From contig JBFXGD010000080.1 of the NCBI GenBank assembly GCA_050178385.1, positions 1 through 14,838 on the forward strand: a stretch of 14,838 nt of DNA, written 5' to 3'. Within the stretch, counting starts at the first letter, position 1. Each line of letters begins with the position of its first letter. Below the pieces are notes generated by a model. The model made no database searches. It saw only the letters and a program-made list of their open reading frames with translations, and was not told the DNA's origin. The translations under genes and the position numbers were made by a program. Positions 1-6,942 of the stretch are shown piece by piece. This DNA comes from Calditrichaceae bacterium. Its GTDB lineage: Bacteria > Calditrichota > Calditrichia > Calditrichales > JBFXGD01.

Positions 1-233
1 ATGATATGGCCGGGAATGTCTGGCAGTGGTGCGGTGATGATTATCCCGATTTACACTATAGATACATGCGAGGCGGTAGCCGTAACAATTATGAATACAA
101 TCTGTTTACATGGGCTCGAAACAGCGCCGGTCCCGACTTCTACAGTATGTATATAGGATTTCGATGCGTCAGGGATGTTCAGAAGACCGAAGACATTGAA
201 TCAAGTCAGACTGAAGAAAATATAGAAAAATAG
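1..233 (+). CDS. C-terminal part of a formylglycine-generating enzyme (FGE/SUMF1) family domain protein, 5'-truncated by the window edge
   Basis: Frame 3 reads DMAGNVWQW...RGGS...AR...IGFRCV, the conserved C-terminal motifs of the FGE-sulfatase domain. The Met at 6 is internal to the DMxGNVWEW motif. Stop TAG at 231-233. Confidence 0.9.
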   Translation, partial: DMAGNVWQWCGDDYPDLHYRYMRGGSRNNYEYNLFTWARNSAGPDFYSMYIGFRCVRDVQKTEDIESSQTEENIEK

Positions 234-238
234 AACGA

Positions 239-1141
239 TTGACAGATATGGACATGCAGAACACTACAAATACATTAAGACAAAAAATCGGGGCCAGGGT
301 AAAATTGTACTGGCCTCTTATAAAAAGCCTGCAGACCGGATTATTGCTTATAACGGGAATTACAGGATATATAAGCGCCCGCTGTCCGATTTCTTCCTTT
401 GAAATCGGGTTTGGGTTGCTTGGCAGTCTCTTTCTTGCCATCAGCGGGAGTACGATTCTGAATATGGTGTATGACCGGGATATCGATTCAAAAATGAATC
501 GGACGGCGCACCGGCCATTGCCCTCAGGCAGATTAGACGCTAAAGAGGCTATGGTGCTTGGTTTGAGTATATCCTTTGCGGGTCTGCTGTGGGCTTTGAT
601 GCTTTCATTTCAATATGCGGCTGTAGTGTTTGCGGGGCTGTTCATCGATGTGGTGATTTATACGATGTGGCTTAAACGAAGAACAGCCTGGTCCATTATC
701 TGGGGTGGAATATCCGGCGGAATGCCTGTTCTTGCAGGCAGGACACTGGGATTGGGAACAGTTGATGGGATAGGTATCTTATTTGCTCTGGCAATACTGT
801 TATGGATCCCGACCCATATAATGACGTTCAGTATGCGGTACCATGATGATTACCAGCGTGCCGACGTACCGACCTTTCCATCCACATACGGGAATAAATA
901 TACCCGTCTGATCATCGCTATTTCAAGCTTGGGAGCGGCGATCGCCATCGGAATGGGCGCCATGGCGATCGGTCTTTCCTGGGGATATTTAAGACTGCTT
1001 GGGATATTATCTATCGGAATTTTGGGTTTATCTCTGGCAAGTGTTTTACGCCCGTCTGAAAAAATTAATTTCGGGCTTTTTAAATACGCGTCGCTTTATA
1101 TGTTAAGCGCCATGCTGCTCGTTATATTTGGCGGAATGTAA
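239..1141 (+). CDS. cyoE: Heme O synthase / protoheme IX farnesyltransferase (UbiA prenyltransferase family)
   Basis: About 300 aa, multi-TM. Motifs NMVYDRDIDSKMNRTAHRPLPSGR, YTMWLKRRT, GGISGGMPVLAG, WIPTH...DDY...VP and FKYASLY match CyoE/CtaB. Start is uncertain (TTG 239, ATG 248 or ATG 254). Confidence 0.92.
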   Translation: MTDMDMQNTTNTLRQKIGARVKLYWPLIKSLQTGLLLITGITGYISARCPISSFEIGFGLLGSLFLAISGSTILNMVYDRDIDSKMNRTAHRPLPSGRLDAKEAMVLGLSISFAGLLWALMLSFQYAAVVFAGLFIDVVIYTMWLKRRTAWSIIWGGISGGMPVLAGRTLGLGTVDGIGILFALAILLWIPTHIMTFSMRYHDDYQRADVPTFPSTYGNKYTRLIIAISSLGAAIAIGMGAMAIGLSWGYLRLLGILSIGILGLSLASVLRPSEKINFGLFKYASLYMLSAMLLVIFGGM

Positions 1142-1247
1142 ATATATGAACGCGGATGGACCGTTGAACAGTTGATCGTCAATTAAGTAATTACGGTTCA
1201 GCCTGAAGCGATTTTTAATAAAAGAGTGAAGAATGAAAGGTAGAATT

Positions 1248-1631
1248 ATGAACGGAAGTGTTGTTCTAAAAAGCCTCGCGGTTCTGGCCATTTTGTTTGG
1301 TGTTACAGCCATTGTGGATGGTTTGCCAATAGTACTCGGGATCAAAAATCCTGATCACCTGGTTCTGACATGGCTGATTTATTATAACCTGACGATGGCT
1401 GTTGTTTCCATTTTTGTCGGATTTGGTTTCTGGCTTAGACATGCTCACGCGATAAATGTGGCGGGATTAGTGGCGGTGGGACATACAATTGTCTGGCTGC
1501 TTATCCTAACCATATTTTCTGATGCGGTAGCTATGAAGAGTGTTATCGGTATGACCGTAAGATCTGTTATATGGATTAGTATTTTTGTCCTGCTCTCAAA
1601 GAAAAAAGAAAGCTGGTTTTCACCGGCGTAA
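1248..1631 (+). CDS. Small integral membrane protein (about 4 TM helices), function unknown
   Basis: Four hydrophobic stretches. Co-directional with its neighbours. AAAGG precedes ATG 1248 (alternative ATG at 1233). Confidence 0.75.
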   Translation: MNGSVVLKSLAVLAILFGVTAIVDGLPIVLGIKNPDHLVLTWLIYYNLTMAVVSIFVGFGFWLRHAHAINVAGLVAVGHTIVWLLILTIFSDAVAMKSVIGMTVRSVIWISIFVLLSKKKESWFSPA

Positions 1632-1681
1632 GTATTATGGCAAGAATTTAATCAAGCAGATCTAAAGCCGTTAGGAATATT

Positions 1682-2281
1682 ATGGCAAGGATGACAACAA
1701 AGGAGAGGAAAAGGCAGATTATCGATCAGGCGATGCAAATAATTCATGATCAGGGATATCCTGCTCTCTCAATTCGAGAACTGGCAAAAAAAGTTGGTAT
1801 ATCAGAACCGGCCATCTACAGACATTTTACAAACAAAGAAGAAATTCTGAATGGAATTCTGGACCGTATGCTCATATTTGGAAATATGTTGAATGAGAAA
1901 CTGGATGAATTTGACACCGCTAAGGAAAGGATCATGCAGCTTATTATGCTTCAACTGAGATTTCTGGAAAATCATCCGGAACTGACCGCGGTGCTGTTTT
2001 ATGACGAAATCTTTGATCCGCAGCCGTCTCTGGGTGAAAAATTACAATTATTTCGGAATTCCAGATTCCTGATTTTGGAAAGTCTTATAAATCAGGCTAA
2101 ATCAGAAGGAACTGTTGTAAATGTCAGGACACAGGATTTGATAGTAGTGATTTTAGGGATCATTAGTATGATTATCCTGGAATGGAGAAGACGAAAATTC
2201 ACATTTTCTCTGGATGACCGGGGTAGGGGGATGATTGACAGTTTAGAAAGACTCATTTTTGTAGACAGTATTGTGAAATAA
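1682..2281 (+). CDS. TetR/AcrR family transcriptional regulator
   Basis: N-terminal HTH signature IIDQAMQIIHDQGYPALSIRELAKKVGISEPAIYRHFTNKEEIL. 199 aa. AGGA RBS at 1673-1676. Confidence 0.95.
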   Translation: MARMTTKERKRQIIDQAMQIIHDQGYPALSIRELAKKVGISEPAIYRHFTNKEEILNGILDRMLIFGNMLNEKLDEFDTAKERIMQLIMLQLRFLENHPELTAVLFYDEIFDPQPSLGEKLQLFRNSRFLILESLINQAKSEGTVVNVRTQDLIVVILGIISMIILEWRRRKFTFSLDDRGRGMIDSLERLIFVDSIVK

Positions 2282-2337
2282 TTATTTTTTCATAATAGTC
2301 CCGTATGGGAATTGTTATTCAAACTAAGGAGTGTGTA

Positions 2338-4626
2338 ATGGTTAATTATTTGAAAGGATTCTACCGAAAGCCTGTCCTTGTGATGACGATCGTAGTAATC
2401 CTTACTGCGCTTTCATTTTGGCAAATGGGCGAACATGCCCGAGTCGAAACGAATCTCGATATGTATATGCCTTCAGAGCATCCCGCATTTATTTATAGCG
2501 ATCAGGCGGAATCGTGGTTCAATATCAAAGATGCTTTTATCTTCGTAGTCGAAAATCCTGATGGTCTGTTTACTTCAGGCACATTGAATAAGATCAAAAC
2601 CATCACGAAAAAATTGCAAAAGATGAGCCAAATCGAAAAGGACAATGTGACAAGTCTGTATACCCTCGATAATATTGTCTCCAGCGATTATGGTATGGAT
2701 GTCAGGCCGTTCTTCACAAAGGTTCCTGAAGATTCGGCGGGTCTGGCAAGCATTCGTGAAGCTGTAACCGGAAATGATATGATCATGGGTAGAATGGTAT
2801 CAAATGACGAGACAGCAACAATTATTGTCGCGGAACTGGAAGGGGATGTTGTATTTGATAAAGCATTATATGATCAAATACAGGAGACAGCAGAAGAATT
2901 TCGCGGTCCTGAAAATATATATTTCGCGGGACGCCCGGTTGTGGAGGGCACATTAGCGCAGCTTGCACCGGAAGATATGAAAAAAATGATTCCGATTGTT
3001 TTGTTGGTAATCGTTCTTGTTCTGTTATTGACATTACGCAGTTTTAAATCTCTAATCGTCACTCTGTTCATCGTTATTCTGAGCACAATTTGGGCATTCG
3101 GATTAATGTCGGCGCTGCAAATTCCCATATACGCGGTATCGACTATGATTCCGGTAATGCTCATCGCCATTGGTGTCGCGTACGCGATTCATTTGTTTAA
3201 CTGTCTTGAATTGTTCCTTAAGGAGAATCCGGGTGCTTCAAAAGAAGAAGCCCTTGATAATATGATCGAAGTGATGTGGAAACCTGTTTTAATGGCAGCA
3301 ACAACCACGGCAATAGGATTTATATCTCTGATTACATCGCAGGTTTGGCCGGTAAAATATTTTGGTCTTTTCACTGCATTTGGTGTACTCATGGCGTTGT
3401 TTCTGTCCATTGCTTTTCTACCGGCAATGCTATATATGGTTGGATTGCCAAAATTGAAGATTAAAGCGGCGAAGACATCGGAAAAAGAAGGTTTGGCAGG
3501 ATGGATCACCAATGCAATTTTAAACAATAGTAAGACAATACTTGTCGCTACAGTTGTCATCATCGTAGTCTCTGCGTTCGGAATGCAGAAAGTATGGATT
3601 GATTCCAGCTTCTTAAGAAATTTTGAGGATGACAGCGAGATTGTAAAGGCGGATCATTTCATAAACAGCCATTTTTCAGGAACGACGCAGTTTAATGTGA
3701 TTTTTGAAGGTGAAGACGATACTTTCAAAAAGCCTGAGGTCTGGAGAAATGTAAATATTCTGCAGGAAAAACTGGAAGCGATTCCGGAAGTGGGCAATAC
3801 CTCCTCTATGGCCGATTATCTGAGAAAAATGCACAAGGTAATGCATGGTGACAGCGTAAAATATGATGTGATTCCTGAATCCCGTGATCTGCTCGCTCAA
3901 TATCTGCTGCTTTATACGATGGCAGGCGATCCCAAAAATCTGGATAAGGTAGTTGATTACAACTACAAAAGAGCCAACCTGACCGTTCAGTTAAAAGGCG
4001 ATAATTCCAAAATTATTCAAAAAACGATTGATCTGATTAATAATAATAAAGATCTATTCCCCGGCATTACGGTCAATTTCGCTGGTTCCGCATATAAAGG
4101 ACTGGTATTTACGGATCTGATTCTCCAGGGTCAAATATCAAGTCTATTGATCTCAATTATCATGGTAGTAATACTTCTGGCTTTTATGTTCAAAAGCTTT
4201 AGCGCGGGACTTATCGGTTCGGTGCCGATTATCATCACATCGATGATCAGTTTTGCCATCATGGGATTTTTAGACATACCACTGGGTGTAACCACAGCGC
4301 TGGCAGCAAGTATCGCGATGGGTATCGGTATCGATTACGCGATACATTTTATTGAGCGCTATAAGATTTTCTCGATGGAAACCGAAGATCGCTTGCTAGT
4401 CGCCATCAAAACTATGGGGCATACCGGACGCGCGATTTTCTTTAACGCTTTAGTGCTTGTTCTTGGTTTCACGGTACTTTTACTTTCAGCTTTTCCTCCG
4501 AATCAGGAACTTGGCGGACTTATTTCACTGAATATGCTTCTGTCGTTCCTATGTACCATTATAGTGATGTTAATTCTCATCCATATAATAAAACCTAAAC
4601 TAATTCCCAAAAAAGGAGATGTGTAA
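2338..4626 (+). CDS. MMPL/RND superfamily transporter permease
   Basis: Two repeats of (1 TM + large periplasmic domain + 5 TM). GIGIDYAIH motif in the second repeat. AAGGAG at 2326-2331 supports ATG 2338 over 2305. Confidence 0.92.
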   Translation: MVNYLKGFYRKPVLVMTIVVILTALSFWQMGEHARVETNLDMYMPSEHPAFIYSDQAESWFNIKDAFIFVVENPDGLFTSGTLNKIKTITKKLQKMSQIEKDNVTSLYTLDNIVSSDYGMDVRPFFTKVPEDSAGLASIREAVTGNDMIMGRMVSNDETATIIVAELEGDVVFDKALYDQIQETAEEFRGPENIYFAGRPVVEGTLAQLAPEDMKKMIPIVLLVIVLVLLLTLRSFKSLIVTLFIVILSTIWAFGLMSALQIPIYAVSTMIPVMLIAIGVAYAIHLFNCLELFLKENPGASKEEALDNMIEVMWKPVLMAATTTAIGFISLITSQVWPVKYFGLFTAFGVLMALFLSIAFLPAMLYMVGLPKLKIKAAKTSEKEGLAGWITNAILNNSKTILVATVVIIVVSAFGMQKVWIDSSFLRNFEDDSEIVKADHFINSHFSGTTQFNVIFEGEDDTFKKPEVWRNVNILQEKLEAIPEVGNTSSMADYLRKMHKVMHGDSVKYDVIPESRDLLAQYLLLYTMAGDPKNLDKVVDYNYKRANLTVQLKGDNSKIIQKTIDLINNNKDLFPGITVNFAGSAYKGLVFTDLILQGQISSLLISIIMVVILLAFMFKSFSAGLIGSVPIIITSMISFAIMGFLDIPLGVTTALAASIAMGIGIDYAIHFIERYKIFSMETEDRLLVAIKTMGHTGRAIFFNALVLVLGFTVLLLSAFPPNQELGGLISLNMLLSFLCTIIVMLILIHIIKPKLIPKKGDV

Positions 4627-5408
4627 TGAAGAAATTCTTGTTAACTCTAATGATTGGAATCCTGCTATCAGGCATCGATATTGTGTCTGCGCAGGAATCA
4701 TTAACCGCCTTGCAGATTATAGAAAATAACTATAATCGTGAAGATGGTAATGATGAAACATCAGATTTGATCATGACCCTGATCAATAAATCAGGCGATA
4801 CTCGTGTCCGTAAAGTAAGACAATTCACGAAAGAATATGGCGGCGACGAAAAAACGGTTGTATTTTTTCTGGCTCCGGCCGATGTAATGGGCACTTCTTT
4901 CATGAGTTGGACTTATGCTGATGAGAGCAAAGACGATGATCAATGGATTTACCTGCCGGCCTTAAAAAGAATTAAGAGGATTTCATCAGAAAGCAAAAGT
5001 GATTATTTCATGGGTTCAGACTTTACCTATGATGATATCGGCGATCGCTTGCCGAATGAGGACACCCATAAGTTACTTCGTAGCGAGACTGTTGACGGTC
5101 AGGATTGCTATGTAGTTGAAAGTATTCCGAAAGAAAAAGATTCAATCTATTCAAAAACGATCAGCTGGGTGATCAAATCAAATTGGATATACCTAAAAAG
5201 AGAATATTATGATGAAGAAGGTGATTTACTGAAGATTGATCACAGCAAGAAAATTGAACAAGTTGACGGTGTGTGGACAGTGATGCACAGAGTGATGGAA
5301 AATGTTCAGTCAATTCACAAAACAGATCTCGTGTTCAGCAATTACAGATACAACATCAATACTCCCGATGATATGTTTTCTGAACGTACACTCAAAAGAG
5401 GACTGTAA
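4626..5408 (+). CDS. Periplasmic LolA-like (outer membrane lipoprotein-sorting family) protein
   Basis: Sec signal peptide (MKKFLL...VSA|Q). Motifs FLAPADVMGT, DDQWIYLPALKRIKRI and FMGSDFTYDD are typical of LolA-like partners of MMPL proteins. TAATG stop/start overlap with the transporter and AAGGAG RBS. Confidence 0.88.
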   Translation: MKKFLLTLMIGILLSGIDIVSAQESLTALQIIENNYNREDGNDETSDLIMTLINKSGDTRVRKVRQFTKEYGGDEKTVVFFLAPADVMGTSFMSWTYADESKDDDQWIYLPALKRIKRISSESKSDYFMGSDFTYDDIGDRLPNEDTHKLLRSETVDGQDCYVVESIPKEKDSIYSKTISWVIKSNWIYLKREYYDEEGDLLKIDHSKKIEQVDGVWTVMHRVMENVQSIHKTDLVFSNYRYNINTPDDMFSERTLKRGL

Positions 5409-5409
5409 A

Positions 5410-6687
5410 ATGAAAAAGTACATTTTAATCATAACGATGATTATTGGTCTGTTTCAGCAGAGTTTCGCCCTTGGGATTGATATTCATGGATACGTTCGTA
5501 ATTATTTGGGTGCTTTGACTGAACAGGATGGTGAATATTCGGTAACGCAAAACACACTGGATCTGGAGTTTTCACATTCAGCAAAAAACTCTGCATTTTT
5601 TATTAATCCTTATGTAAATCACGATAAAGAAGGTGAGCTAAAGCTTGACCTGCGCGAAGCTTATGTGGACTTGATGTGGGATAACGCGGATCTTAGAGTC
5701 GGTAAGCAGCAAATTATCTGGGGAAAAGCCGACGGCGTTTTTATCACGGATATTATTTCACCAAAAAACTTAAGTGAGTTTTTATTACCTGACTTCGAGG
5801 AAATTCGTATTGGTGTCAACGCGGTTAAATTTGATTACTATTTAGGTGATCAAACCTTTGAATTAGTCTGGCTGCCGGAGTTTCAGCCGACTATTTTTGC
5901 TGAGCAGGGTTCCATCTGGGCTCCAAAAATGCCAAATCCTGCTGAAATGATGTCATTGCCGATGGTACCGCCGATTACTTATGACTATTCGAAATCAGAA
6001 GTACAGGGTTCACTGGAAAACAGCGAATTAGCTGGTAAGTATTCATTTCTGTCATCGACGATAGATTTTGAACTTATGGGTGCCTATTTATGGGATGACA
6101 ATCCTTCAATACACCTGTTGAAACAGATGGATCCGAACACACACCAGCTAACCGGAATTACGGTACGTCCCGAGTATCACAGACTGACAATGGGCGGCGG
6201 AAGCTTTGGTGTCACCCTGGCAGGTGTTGTTATCCGTGGTGAAGGCGCGTATTATACGGGAAGAAATTATACCGCTATGGATAATCCCGCGGAAGGGAAG
6301 ACATATGAAGAAGGAGTTGTAGAAAAAGACTATGCGCACTATCTGTTAGGATTTGACTACAATGTTTGGGGTGTTGATATCAGCGGCCAGTATATTCAGG
6401 AAAGAATACTGGATTATGAAGAAGAAATGGTGCAGGATGAAGTTCAAAATACGGCAACCTTCCTGATGGCTAAAGACTACCTTAACGAAACTCTCATGCT
6501 GGAATTATTCACCTACTATGGTTTTGACAATGAGGATGGTTTGATCCGCCCTAAACTGACTTATGATATCGCAGACGGATTTGAACTTCTTATCGGCGCG
6601 AACATATTTATCGGCGAAGGCGTCGGAATGTTCGGCATGTATGAGAAAAACGATATGGTCTATACAAAACTGAAATACTCTTTTTAG
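5410..6687 (+). CDS. Putative outer-membrane beta-barrel protein (DUF1302-like)
   Basis: Signal peptide MKKYIL...SFA|L. LREAYVD...LRVGKQQIIWGKADG motif, amphipathic beta-strand pattern and C-terminal KLKYSF aromatic terminus. GAGGA RBS supports ATG 5410 rather than 5302. Confidence 0.82.
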   Translation: MKKYILIITMIIGLFQQSFALGIDIHGYVRNYLGALTEQDGEYSVTQNTLDLEFSHSAKNSAFFINPYVNHDKEGELKLDLREAYVDLMWDNADLRVGKQQIIWGKADGVFITDIISPKNLSEFLLPDFEEIRIGVNAVKFDYYLGDQTFELVWLPEFQPTIFAEQGSIWAPKMPNPAEMMSLPMVPPITYDYSKSEVQGSLENSELAGKYSFLSSTIDFELMGAYLWDDNPSIHLLKQMDPNTHQLTGITVRPEYHRLTMGGGSFGVTLAGVVIRGEGAYYTGRNYTAMDNPAEGKTYEEGVVEKDYAHYLLGFDYNVWGVDISGQYIQERILDYEEEMVQDEVQNTATFLMAKDYLNETLMLELFTYYGFDNEDGLIRPKLTYDIADGFELLIGANIFIGEGVGMFGMYEKNDMVYTKLKYSF

Positions 6688-6713
6688 TATACCATTAGTT
6701 TATGGCAATAAAG

Positions 6714-6751
6714 AAGCCGGTTGGGGAATAAAGTACCCGCCGGCTTTTTTT
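6714..6751 (+). terminator. Rho-independent terminator
   Basis: AAGCCGG (6714-6720) pairs with CCGGCTT (6740-6746), extended inward by GGG/CCC. T7 run at 6745-6751. Starts 27 nt after the beta-barrel stop. Confidence 0.85.
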
Positions 6752-6852
6752 ATACTCATTTGATCCACAGCTGATTTTGAGGCATAATTACAATAAAATG
6801 CGTTAAATGCTTCAAAAGTATAATAATCTGACTGTGCTTAGAGAACAGAGCT

Positions 6853-6861
6853 TGATATAAT
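6853..6861 (+). promoter_or_regulatory. Candidate extended -10 (TGnTATAAT) sigma70-type promoter for the two-component operon
   Basis: TGATATAAT about 80 nt upstream of the kinase start and downstream of the terminator. No convincing -35. A second TATAAT lies at 6819-6824. Confidence 0.4.
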
Positions 6862-6942
6862 AATCGTGTCTTCTTATTTTTATGGAACCTGTCCGGAGTT
6901 TTTTAAGAGATAACAATCCAACCTTTTGAATGGAAGGCTGCC

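Noticed and set aside
1172..1182. TTGA-TCG-TCAA as an FNR/DNR box
   Set aside because: Spacer is 3 nt rather than the 6 required for TTGA-N6-TCAA.
2276..2287. Perfect 12-bp palindrome AAATAATTATTT over the tetR stop codon as a TetR operator
   Set aside because: A/T-only and low complexity, with no second copy or associated promoter identified.
5302..5409. 36-aa N-terminal extension of the beta-barrel ORF
   Set aside because: Overlaps the LolA-like gene. The signal peptide and RBS fit ATG 5410.
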